Shown piece after piece: positions 50,005-59,618 of a DNA stretch of 64,000 nt. Made by a program: the position numbers and the translations under genes. Under the pieces are notes generated by a model, which searched no databases, was not told the DNA's origin, and saw only the letters and a list, made by a program, of their open reading frames with translations. The stretch comes from Candidatus Aminicenantes bacterium (GTDB taxonomy: Bacteria > Acidobacteriota > Aminicenantia > UBA2199): the NCBI GenBank assembly GCA_963732485.1, contig CAVSZS010000010.1:7573-71572 (forward strand), written 5' to 3'. Positions within the stretch are counted from its first letter, which is position 1, and each line of letters starts with the position of its first letter.

Positions 50005-50697
50005 CTACTCGACGGCCTTGACCTTCTCCAGCATGGCCAGCAGCGCCCCGGGCTCGTAGCCGGCCGCGGCCAGCAGTTCCAGGGCGCCGAGGTCGGCGTC
50101 CTTCTCCTGGGTGCGGGAATAGCCTTTCTGCAGGAGCGTGCCGCTGATGTCCATGACCGAATCCTGGAAGACCCCCATGACCCGGCTGCCGGAACCCATG
50201 GCCTCACCGGCGGTGAACGTGCCCAGCGCCTTCATGCGCTGGGACTTGATCGCCTTCAGCGGGTCCTTGGACACGATGTGCTGGATCTCGTGGGCCAGGA
50301 TGGCCGCCAGTTCGTCTTCGTCGGCGGCCATGGCGACGATGCCGCGCGTGAGCAGGATGATGCCCCCGGGCGCGGACAAGGCGTTGGCTTCAGCGCTGTC
50401 CAGCAGGGCGAAATGATAGCCGCCGTAGATCTCGGGCCGTCCCGACCTCAGGACCAGGGCCTGGCCGATCAGGTTCAGGTAGCGGGTGAGCTCGCCGTTC
50501 TTCCACAGCGGATACTGGCTCAGGATGTTGGCCGCGACCGCGCGGCCGATATAATATTCCTCTTCCTCGGTGATCTTGTGGGTAGCGCTGGAAATCAGGT
50601 TCACGCCCTTCTTGGCCTTGCTCAGCTTGCTCAGGCTGACCGGAGGCTTCCAGGACAGCAAGAGCGCGCACACGGCGATCAGGAGCAGCTTCTTCAT
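50005..50697 (-). CDS. M48-family zinc metallopeptidase (BepA/LoiP-like, short form)
   Basis: GGGAGG SD 6 nt before ATG (MKKLLLIAVCALLL signal peptide); HEIQH zinc motif; ATGA overlap with upstream reading frame. Confidence 0.7.
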   Translation of the reverse strand: MKKLLLIAVCALLLSWKPPVSLSKLSKAKKGVNLISSATHKITEEEEYYIGRAVAANILSQYPLWKNGELTRYLNLIGQALVLRSGRPEIYGGYHFALLDSAEANALSAPGGIILLTRGIVAMAADEDELAAILAHEIQHIVSKDPLKAIKSQRMKALGTFTAGEAMGSGSRVMGVFQDSVMDISGTLLQKGYSRTQEKDADLGALELLAAAGYEPGALLAMLEKVKAVE

Positions 50698-51148
50698 TTC
50701 AGCCTCCCTTCGCGGATGAACGGCGCCAGCGCCGTCAGGGCTGCGTTCTGAGTCCATGATCCATTCCAGGTCGGCGAAGTTGTAGCCCTTGCCGCCGCGC
50801 AGTTTCTTTTCATTGCCCTCGTTGAACCCTTTGGCGGCCAGGGCCAGCTCGTCCTGGCTGGCCCCTTTCTTGCCGGGGACCATGCCGCCCAGGGTCACCT
50901 TGCTTTCGCTGACAGCCGTCTGGTGGATATAGCCCTTCTGGCCGCCGGGGGCGCGTACCAGGTACCAGCTCCCCTGCGTCTCGAGCAGCTCCAGTTTCAT
51001 CCCCTTCTGCACGCTGAGCTAGGCTGGCCGAAAGAAAATCGGGCTTGGCCAGCAGTTGCGAGCGCATGACCTGGACCACCAGTCCCTTCCCGGCCAGCAG
51101 CAGCGCCGCCGCGGCCAGGAAAAGCAGCAACCACGCTTTTGTTTTCAT
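50694..51148 (-). CDS. Secreted SH3b-domain protein, at least one frameshift
   Basis: Signal peptide MKTKAWLLLFLAAAALLLAG in one frame; SH3b-like GSWYLVRAPGGQKGYIHQTAV in another; a third frame ends ...FIREGRLK* in ATGA with the M48 start. Confidence 0.4.
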
Positions 51149-51232
51149 TGAGCTACCTCGTTGTCGGCACGGATGATTCCCGACGGATTATAATGCAAGT
51201 GGGGCGGGTTTTCAACCGCGGCGAAAGAGGGC

Positions 51233-52078
51233 TCAGCTGTAGAACGCCCGCAGCTGGTGCTCCTGTTCCTTGAGCTCGCGGGCGAGGGCCTCTTTTTTCT
51301 TCAGGGCGATCTCGGTGGCGATGGCGTTCAACAGCACCGAGAGGGCGGAAATGGACGTGGTGAACAGGATGTTTTCGCGCGGGATCTTCAGGATCAGCGA
51401 GGCGAACGGCGCCAGCGGCGCGTACTCGTTGTCGGTGAGCACGACGATCCGCAACCCGCGCCGGTGGGCCAAACGGGCGAACTCCACCGTGCTTTTCGAA
51501 TAAGGGAAGAAACTGGAAAAAATGACGAGCTCGTCGCGGCCGATGCCGAGGATCTTTTCCTCGACCGGCATATGGCCCTCGTCGAGGCTGTGGGTCTCTT
51601 TCTGGATCTGGCTGAAGGTATAGGCGATCAGGTTGGAAAAAATGGCCGAGATGCCCACGCCGAACGTATAGACGCGCGTCGCCCCCTCCACCCATTCGAC
51701 CAGTTTCTGGAACGTCTCCTCGCTGACGGCCGACAGCAGGTGGTTGATGTTCTTGACGTCCTGGCGGGCGGCCTGGATCAGCGGCTTCTTGCCGCTCAGG
51801 TCGGTCTGCAGGGCCAGGAAGCGCTCCACCGGGTTGACGATGCGGCGGATGTGCTCGCCGCGCACCTGGTTCTTGAAATCATGAAAGCCCTTGCAGGCCA
51901 GCTTGCGGGTCAAGCGCGTGATGCTGGCCATGGAGACGTTGGATTTCTGGGCGATGGTCTCAATGGAAAGCAGAGGGATCTCGGCCCAGTTGTCGATCAG
52001 GAAATTCGCCAGCCGCTGCTGGGTCCGCGAGAAACCCTCCATGCCCTTGCTGATCTCATCGTGCAGGTTCCGTTTCAT
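51233..52078 (-). CDS. RpiR/MurR-family transcriptional regulator (HTH_6 + SIS domain)
   Basis: MKRNLHDEISKGMEGFSRTQQRLANFLIDNWAEIPLLSIETIAQKSNVSMASITRLTRKL (HTH) + SIS domain. Confidence 0.75.
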   Translation of the reverse strand: MKRNLHDEISKGMEGFSRTQQRLANFLIDNWAEIPLLSIETIAQKSNVSMASITRLTRKLACKGFHDFKNQVRGEHIRRIVNPVERFLALQTDLSGKKPLIQAARQDVKNINHLLSAVSEETFQKLVEWVEGATRVYTFGVGISAIFSNLIAYTFSQIQKETHSLDEGHMPVEEKILGIGRDELVIFSSFFPYSKSTVEFARLAHRRGLRIVVLTDNEYAPLAPFASLILKIPRENILFTTSISALSVLLNAIATEIALKKKEALARELKEQEHQLRAFYS

Positions 52079-52222
52079 GCTTTTCCCTCCGGCCATGCCG
52101 CGCCGCACCCAATCAGGCAAGGCGCCAAAAAAGAAAGATCCCTTCCCGGCCAGGGGCCGGGAAGGGATCGTTGACGTTTCTCAGGCGGAAGCGCGGCGCG
52201 CGGCCGGCGACCACCCATCACC

Positions 52223-55139
52223 CTAGAAATTGAGGCGGAAGCCGAACTGGAAGATGCCTGGATTGAGCTCTTTGGTGACCAGCCCGAAAGACGGCGTGCC
52301 GAACTGCGCGCCCTTGGCCAGAATGGTGCCGTTGTTGGTCAGGTTGTAGGCATCGACGAAGACGGTCGCCGAGGTGCGGCCGTCGGAGCCCAGCGGGAAT
52401 TTTTTCTCCACTCCCAGGTTCATCGTCCAGAAAGCGGGCAGGCGGTCATCGCCGAATTTCTTGCCGGCTTCGTAAAGATATTGGTAAGAACCGCCCTTGA
52501 TCTTTTTCGCGGACTGGGCGTAATTGCCGAGGATATAGCCCTCCTGGGCGGATATGACCGCAGAAAGAGAGATGTCCCATGGCAATTGATAGAGGCCGGA
52601 CAGCTTGAACTGCCAGCGCGAGTTCACGTAAACGTCCGCGGCGCCGCGAATGGAGCGCGGTGAGTAGGGGGCGCCGTTCAGGAAGTCAAAATTGGTCATG
52701 TTGAAGGTTTCATCGGGATCCAGGACGTTTTTCCAGTCCTGATAGATGAACGAGGCGTCGCCCATCCAATTCTTGGAGAATTTCTTGGTCAGGGCCACTG
52801 CAGCGCCAGGTAGCGGTTGTAGGTCTTGCTGCCGTAGTTGGTGAAATAGGATCCCACCGGAACGGCCAGGCGGTCCCAGACATCCACTACGGTGCCGTTT
52901 ACCGTCTGCGTGGTCTTTCTTGTACCAGTTCGCCTTGGTCTCGAGGGTGCCCTCATCATCCATGATGCCGATCTCGCGATCCAGGTTGTGCTGCTTTTTA
53001 TAGAAGCCGGTTATGGAAACGGCCAGGTCCTCGACCAGCTGTTTTTCGAAGCTCAACGTCAGCTTCGTCCAGCAGCGGCGTGTTGTACTTGCTGTCGAAA
53101 CGGGCGTTGGTGTGTCCGGTCTTGTAGTCGATGTTGGGGTGTAATAGGCGTAGGGGTAGATGTCATACCCGTAATAGGACGAGCTCCTCGTAGGTGGGGA
53201 TGCCGTCGCCGTTATCGCCGTACCAGTAGATGTCGATCTCGCGGGTGGGCAAGATCGGGTAGGCAATGCTGGTGCCGACGCGCGAGCCGTAGCGGGCCAC
53301 GGAAAACTTGAGCACGTTCTTGCCGTTGCCGCTGAAGTCGTAGGTCAGGGAGAAGCGCGGTGAAAAGGACTTGAAACTGGGGACGGTGTATTCCTGGACG
53401 GTCAACGGCCCGAGCAGATCAGAGAAGAACGCCTCGCCGTTGTGGGCGGGATCCTTCTTGTCCACCCAGGTGAAGCCGGGCAGGTCGGTCTTGTTGACCC
53501 GCGCCGCTGCATGTCATAGCGCAGGCCGAGGCTCAGGGTCAGTTTCTTGAAAGTCGCCGTGTCCGATACGTACCCCGAGAGGCGCTTGAAAGAGATGTCG
53601 ATTTTGTTGTCGGGAACCAGCCAGATGCCGTACGAGACGTCGAGAAGTCGCCGTAGTACGAACCGGCCAGCATGCGCTGGTTGGGGTAAATGGTGTTGGA
53701 AACGTTGTCGGCGGTGTTGTATTCCACGCCGAAACGGAGCTCGTGATCGCCGCCCAGCAGCTTTTCCACGAAAAGGTTGCCTTCGAGCTGGGCGTCCATT
53801 TGCTTGACGCTGCCCGACCAATTGGTGGCCGAACCGTTTTGCTTGATGTACGACTTGCTCCAGCGATAGGAGTCATTGCCCACTTCGTGGCCGGTGAGCG
53901 GGTCGCGGCTGGAGCCGTTCGGGTCAAAGGTGAAAGCCTGATTGATGAAGCCGATGCGGGCGTTCAGCATGAGGTTGCCCAGTATCTGCTGCACGTTGCC
54001 GATACCAATAGTAGTTGGGCATGTTCTGCACGCGCCAGGCGTCGGTCGTTACCTGGGAAATCGAATAGCTCGATTTCGGCAGGTAGGCATTGTTGAATTT
54101 CTTGTCGTAGGAAAGGCTGAATTCCGCCGAGGTTTCGCCGAACTGGGCATTGATTTTGGTATAGCCGTTCGTCAGAAAATAGGCGGCGTCATCGTTGCTC
54201 ATCGAGCGGGCATGGATGTCCTGGGCGCTCCAGGTCCCGAACCACCACAGCTTGTCCTTCTTGATCGGACCGCCCAGGCTGGCGCCGTACTGGTAGAGGC
54301 GGTTAATGCCCGGAACCGTATAGGGAGTGACGGGAGGCGCTTCCGGAGCGTCCTGCTTCATTTCCCAGGCCTTGTCCTCGGCATAGAGATGGAAATCGCC
54401 GGCGATCTTGTTGCCGCCGCGCTTGGAGACGAAGTTGATCTGCACGCCGCCGGTCTGGGCGGTGATGTCCGTCGAGCCCATGGAGACCTGCAGTTCCTCG
54501 TAGTTGTTCACGTCAAGGTAGCCGGTCGATGTGCCCACGGTGGACAGGGAACTGTTGTCGATGCCGTCGACGCTCCACACGGTATCGGCCGTAGCTGCTG
54601 CCGCCGGCATTGGGATGCGATTGCTGCCCGGACTCGCTGCCGCCGACGTCGGCCGCGTCGTTCATGATGCCGGGAACCATGCTGAGCACCGACCAGGGGT
54701 TGCGGGCGCTGGGCAGCGACTGCAGGGCTTCCTTGGTGACGTTCATGCCCACGGAGGTGCGGCGCGTGTCGACCACGTTGGCCTTGCCCGTGACCACGAT
54801 CTCTTCCTTGATGGTGGTCGTTTCCATGGGGATGGTCAGCGTGATGTTCTTGCCGGCATACAGGCGGATGCCCTTGCGCAGGACGGTTTTGAAGCCATCC
54901 AGCTCGAACCTCAGCTCATAATTCCCGGGCAGCAGGCGCAGGAAGCGGAAATTGCCCTCCTCCGAGGTCACCGCAGTCTGGGTGCCAAGGACATCGGCGG
55001 TCATGGTCACCGCCACTCCGGGAATGGCCGAACCGTCGGGCAGGACCACGGAGCCGTAGATGTCAGCCGTGGTCTGCTGGGCCGATAGCCCGGCGGCAAG
55101 GAAAAGCAATGCACCGACCAACACAACCCATTTTTTCAT
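52223..55139 (-). pseudogene. TonB-dependent outer-membrane receptor (CarboxypepD_reg + plug + barrel) broken by >=6 frameshifts
   Basis: Signal peptide MKKWVVLVGALLFLAAGLSAQ, plug domain, barrel fragments in alternating frames (e.g. ETKANWYKK / TQTVNGTVVDVWDRLAVPVGSYFTNYGSKTYNRYLALQ / ALTKKFSKNWMGDASFIYQDW), C-terminal ...IFQFGFRLNF. Confidence 0.6.
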
Positions 55140-55379
55140 GAGTTCCTCCATTTGATTTTTTATAAAAAAAGGATCTTGTTTAACTGAAACAGGACCGCTC
55201 GGGACACGCATAGGGACAGGTATAGAATAATAATTTTCAAAAGTCAATAATGAAAATTAGTTTTCGTTTTTTTAAGGCGCCGAAGCCGGACAGCAAGCGT
55301 CTTGACTGTCCCACCCCCGTCGTGCTACAAGTCCGCAGGCGGCTCAGGCGCGCCGCCAGCCATGAAAAGGAGGTCGAAC

Positions 55380-56735
55380 ATGCGTGCCAGTCATCGTACG
55401 GAATTAAAAAGGAATTTGGCCCTGGGCCTGCTGGCGATCGGCCTGCTGCTGGGCCCTGCGCAGCCCGAAGCCATAGCAGCCGGTGACAAGAAGTTGGACT
55501 GGGACCAGAGCCGCTCGGTCTATAACCGCCGCATTCATCCTCCGCTGCCAATCGAGAAAGTGGACTGGGAAGCCCGGGTCTCGGGCCTGTTGCGCGAGGA
55601 ACCGGGAGACATCGTCATTACCTGCGTGGGCGACATGATATTCAACGAGCAGATCAGCCTGCGGCGCGAAGCGGAACGCCGCCAGCTTCTGCGCATCATG
55701 CAGGAGGCCGACATCGCCTACGGCAACCTCGAGTTTTCCCTCAACGACCGCCCCGACCTGCAGCGGCCGTTCTACAACTTCCGGGCGCCGCTGGAGTTTG
55801 CCTGGGAGGTCGCCGCCATCGGCATCAACCTGGTCAGTATGGCCAACAACCACGCACTGGACTTCGGGCCCGAGGGTCTCGCGGAATGCCTGAAGGCACT
55901 GGACCATGCCGGCATTGCCCATGCCGGCGCCGGCCTCACGCTGGCCGCGGCGCACGAACCGGCAACCAAGAAGGTGCAGAGCCAAAAAACTGCCTTTGCG
56001 GCGCTTTCCTACATGCGCTACTGGACGATGAAATACCGCAGCCGCGACGCCGGCGCTCCGGGACTGGCCACCATCGACCCGGCGGAGATCCTGGTTGCAG
56101 GAGCAGACGGCCAGGTGGCGGCGATCGAGGGACCGCTTGCCGGCGACATCCGCCGCATGGAGGACGACATCGTGCTGGCCAAGCGCCACAACGATATCGT
56201 CATGGTCGCCCTGCACAACCACGACCTCAGCCACCATCGCGCCTACGGCATACAGGACACGACGCCCGCGAACGACCGGATCATGTATCGCCGCGCCATC
56301 GACGCCGGCGCCGACATGGTGATCGGCAGCGGGCCGCATGTCCTGCGTGCGATCGAATTTTACAAGGGCAAGCCCATTTTCTTCAGCCTGAGTAATTTCA
56401 TCTACCAGTACCGCACCCCGGATAAGATCCCGGTCGACCTGATCCACCAGCGGGACGGCGAGATCGCGCGTCCGGCGAACGTTTCCGTTTGGGACCGTCG
56501 CGACCAGCCCCAGACCTTCGAGGGCGTCATGCTGCGCCTGACCATCAACAAGGAAACGCTCAAGCGCATCGAGCTCATCCCATTCACGATCGACGACGAG
56601 GGGCCTTTGTACGGAATGCCGCGCCTGGCCAGCGACAAAAGGGGAAAAGAGATCATCGCTACTCTGCAGCGGCTTTCGCTGCCGGCTGGCACAAAAATCA
56701 TTTCCAGGGGCTGGTATGCCGAAGTGGAGTTCTGA
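55380..56735 (+). CDS. CapA/PGA_cap-family metallophosphatase-like protein (poly-gamma-glutamate capsule synthesis family)
   Basis: AGGAGG 6 nt before ATG 55380; signal peptide; family motifs GDMIFNE..., NLVSMANNHALDFG, GIAHAGAG. Confidence 0.7.
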   Translation: MRASHRTELKRNLALGLLAIGLLLGPAQPEAIAAGDKKLDWDQSRSVYNRRIHPPLPIEKVDWEARVSGLLREEPGDIVITCVGDMIFNEQISLRREAERRQLLRIMQEADIAYGNLEFSLNDRPDLQRPFYNFRAPLEFAWEVAAIGINLVSMANNHALDFGPEGLAECLKALDHAGIAHAGAGLTLAAAHEPATKKVQSQKTAFAALSYMRYWTMKYRSRDAGAPGLATIDPAEILVAGADGQVAAIEGPLAGDIRRMEDDIVLAKRHNDIVMVALHNHDLSHHRAYGIQDTTPANDRIMYRRAIDAGADMVIGSGPHVLRAIEFYKGKPIFFSLSNFIYQYRTPDKIPVDLIHQRDGEIARPANVSVWDRRDQPQTFEGVMLRLTINKETLKRIELIPFTIDDEGPLYGMPRLASDKRGKEIIATLQRLSLPAGTKIISRGWYAEVEF

Positions 56736-57036
56736 GACCGTCCCTGTCCATGAGCGCAGTCACGCAAGCCTTGACTTCGATCCCAATGATGGTATGATTT
56801 TTTTAAAGGAGTGACTCATCGCTGGACACATACGCTCTTTCCGCCTGCTGGGCATCCTGGCCCTGTGCGCCACGGCAGGGGCGTGGCCCCAGCTTATTCC
56901 CGCCGGCGCCGAAAGCCGGGGGCAGGCTCTCAACATACTCCTGATCACCATCGACACCCTGCGCTATGACCGGATCGGATTCCTGGACTCCCGCCATGCC
57001 AAGACGCCGAACCTGGACGCCCTGGCCCGCGCCTCC

Positions 57037-58977
57037 ATGGTCTTTACCCGCGCCTTTGCCCACAACCCGGTCACTCTCCCCTCGCATGCCAACATCCTGA
57101 CGGGCGCCACCTCTCTCTATCACGGCGTCAGCGACAACACCGGGTTCAAGCTGGACAAGAAATTCCTGACCCTGCCGCAGTACCTGCGCGGCCGCAGCTA
57201 TGCGACCGCCGCCTTCATCGGCGCCTTCCCGCTGGATTCCCGTTTCGGCCTGGACCAGGGGTTCGACCTCTACGACGACTACTACGGCACCCGCAACGAG
57301 CGCGAATTCTTTTTCGCGGAAAGGCCGGCGGAAAAAGTCATCGCCCCGGCCATGGCCTGGATCGGCAGGCAGTCCGGCAAGTGGTTCGGCTGGGTGCATT
57401 TGTTCGATCCCCACCAACCCTATCTGCCGCCCTCCCCTTTCAAGGAACAATATGCCGGCGATCCCTATTCGGGGGAAGTGGCCTATCTGGATGCCCAGTT
57501 GGGCGTGCTCTTCGATTTTCTGCGGGCCAGGCGCCTGCTGGAGAAGACGGTCGTCATCGTAACCGCCGACCATGGCGAAGCGCTGGGCGAAAAAGGCGAG
57601 GATACGCACTCGTATTACGCCTACAACAACACCATCCATGTGCCGCTGTTCCTCCACGTGCCCGGGGCTGTCCCGCGAACCTGCGCCCAGAACGTGTGCC
57701 ACGCCGACATTTTCCCGACCCTGTGCGCAATCCTAGGCCAGAAGCCCCCGCCTGGCCTGCAGGGCGAGTCCTTGCTGGACATCGCGGCGACGGGAAAGCG
57801 ACGATCGGCGGAAATTTATTTCGAGTCCCTGACCGCCTGGCTGAACCGCGACTGGGCGCCCCTGCGCGGCTTCATCGCCGGCGACAGCAAGTTCATCGAC
57901 CTGCCGCTCAAGGAAGTATATGACCTGAAAACCGACATGGGTGAAGAGCGCAATCTGGCGGGCAACAGCCGGATCGGGCCCATGAAGGACACCCTGAACC
58001 GGCTGATGCGCAGGTTGAAAAATCCGCTGGCAGGCAATCGGGAAAAACGCCTGGACCCGGAAACGCAGAAACGCCTGCAAGCGCTGGGCTACATCGCCGA
58101 GAACTGGTCCGCGGGGCGAAAAAAACAATACACGGAAAAAGACGACCTGAAAACCCTGCTGCCTCTGCAAAGCAAATTGCTCGACGGGGTCGGCCTGTTC
58201 CAGTCCGGCGACTTTCCCGCCGCGGAAAAAACGATCCGCGTGGTGATCGCCGCCAGCCCGAGCTTCATCCTGGCATACACCCATCTGGCGACCATGTACA
58301 AGGAAACGGGCAAGCCCGGCGCGGCCATTGGCGTCCTGGAGCAGGGATTGGAGAAAAATCCCGGCAACATCCTCCTGCTGGCCAAGCTGGGCATCGTACT
58401 GGCGGACAGCGGCGACTGGCGGCGCGCCATCCCCATCCTCGAGGACTGCGTCCGCCAGGAGGACATCGACCCGGAAAAATTCAATTTTCTCGGCATCGCC
58501 TACTATCAGGGCGGGGAACTGGAGAAAGCGCTGCAAAGCTACGCCCGCGCCCTGGAGCTGGATCACAACAACGCCGCGGTCTACAGCAACATCGGCGGCG
58601 TGCACCTGGCGCTCTTCGCGCGCCACCAGGATCGGCAGGAGCTGGCCCGCGCCGAACGCGAGTTCAACAAGGCCCTGGAGATCGATCCCAAGCTGTTCTC
58701 CGCCTGCAACGGCCTGGGGATCATCTACAAGAAAAGCGGCCGCCCGGCCGAGGCCATCGCCAGCTGGCGCAAGGCCCTGGCCATCAAGCCCGATTTCGAC
58801 CTGGCACTGATCAACCTCGGCATCACACTGCTCGAGGAGGGCCGTGCCGACGAAGCCCTGGACGCTTTCCTGGACTACCGCCACAGGTTCTCGCCCAGGC
58901 TGCCGGAGAGCGAGAGGCAGCGCATCGAGCGCCTGATCGCCGAGGCCAGGGCCAAGCTCGCATCCCCTGAAAAATAA
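57037..58977 (+). CDS. Sulfatase-family (alkaline-phosphatase superfamily, PF00884-like) enzyme fused to C-terminal TPR repeats; true N-terminus lies upstream (~56811) in another frame
   Basis: Catalytic region AHNPVTLPSHANILTG has Thr where sulfatases have the FGly Cys (LtaS/EptA-like Thr nucleophile). Upstream in frame NILLITIDTLRYDRIGF and signal-like RSFRLLGILALCATAGA without an in-frame start; a frameshift in a T-run (ctcttt) is likely. Then 5-6 TPR repeats. Confidence 0.6.
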   Translation: MVFTRAFAHNPVTLPSHANILTGATSLYHGVSDNTGFKLDKKFLTLPQYLRGRSYATAAFIGAFPLDSRFGLDQGFDLYDDYYGTRNEREFFFAERPAEKVIAPAMAWIGRQSGKWFGWVHLFDPHQPYLPPSPFKEQYAGDPYSGEVAYLDAQLGVLFDFLRARRLLEKTVVIVTADHGEALGEKGEDTHSYYAYNNTIHVPLFLHVPGAVPRTCAQNVCHADIFPTLCAILGQKPPPGLQGESLLDIAATGKRRSAEIYFESLTAWLNRDWAPLRGFIAGDSKFIDLPLKEVYDLKTDMGEERNLAGNSRIGPMKDTLNRLMRRLKNPLAGNREKRLDPETQKRLQALGYIAENWSAGRKKQYTEKDDLKTLLPLQSKLLDGVGLFQSGDFPAAEKTIRVVIAASPSFILAYTHLATMYKETGKPGAAIGVLEQGLEKNPGNILLLAKLGIVLADSGDWRRAIPILEDCVRQEDIDPEKFNFLGIAYYQGGELEKALQSYARALELDHNNAAVYSNIGGVHLALFARHQDRQELARAEREFNKALEIDPKLFSACNGLGIIYKKSGRPAEAIASWRKALAIKPDFDLALINLGITLLEEGRADEALDAFLDYRHRFSPRLPESERQRIERLIAEARAKLASPEK

Positions 58978-59044
58978 TGAGACGCGCGTCTAGCCCAACA
59001 TTGAAAACCTCCGCGTTTCCCGGATGGCGGAACGTGGCCAGCGC

Positions 59045-59063
59045 TGCGAACCCCGCATTCGCA
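59045..59063 (+). promoter_or_regulatory. Candidate enhancer (UAS) palindrome TGCGAA-N7-TTCGCA ~95 bp upstream of the sigma-54 promoter
   Basis: tgcgaaccccgcattcgca; perfect 6-bp inverted half-sites. Confidence 0.4.
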
Positions 59064-59143
59064 AAAATCCGCGAAAAGACGCAAACCTTAGCGTGCGCGC
59101 CTGATCCGGCCGTGAAAAACCCCAGCAAAACCGCGGGTTGGAA

Positions 59144-59161
59144 TTGGCATCCTTCATGCTT
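59144..59161 (+). promoter_or_regulatory. Sigma-54 (-24/-12) promoter
   Basis: tTGGCATccttcATGCTt: GG-N10-GC spacing, ~32 nt upstream of ATG 59193. Confidence 0.55.
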
Positions 59162-59192
59162 TCAGGATAGTGAAAGCAAAAAGGAGGTACCA

Positions 59193-59618
59193 ATGAAAAA
59201 CTTTGGTTTGGTCATCTTGGTGTTGGTGGCGATCGCCGGCACGACATCCGCCTTTGCCGCCGGGGTTCAGGATGAGGCGCCCTCCCAGCCGCTCACGCGT
59301 CCGGAAGTTCTTCAGCGCTTCGGCTTCGTCGACGAGGACGGTGACGGCATCAACGACCTGGCCCGGGATTCCGACAATGACGGCATTCCCAACTGCCTGG
59401 ACAGCGACTGGGTCCGCCCGCGTGACGGCAAGGGCTTCCAGTCCAAGTACGGCTACAACCACCAGAACGTCAACAAGCAGGGTGGCGGGCCGTTCAATTA
59501 CAATTATAATTACACCTGGAGCCACAACTGGGCCACCAACAGCAATCCCAACTTCTGCAACCAGACGGATCCGAATGTCAGCACCAACCGCAACCGGAGA
59601 TCCAACCGCAAACACTGA
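59193..59618 (+). CDS. Small secreted calcium-binding protein (thrombospondin-type-3-like DxDxDG repeats) with Asn-rich tail
   Basis: AAGGAGG SD; signal peptide MKNFGLVILVLVAIAGTTSAFAAG; DEDGDGINDLARDSDNDGIPNCLDSD; NYNYNYTWSHNWATNSNPNF. Confidence 0.6.
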   Translation: MKNFGLVILVLVAIAGTTSAFAAGVQDEAPSQPLTRPEVLQRFGFVDEDGDGINDLARDSDNDGIPNCLDSDWVRPRDGKGFQSKYGYNHQNVNKQGGGPFNYNYNYTWSHNWATNSNPNFCNQTDPNVSTNRNRRSNRKH

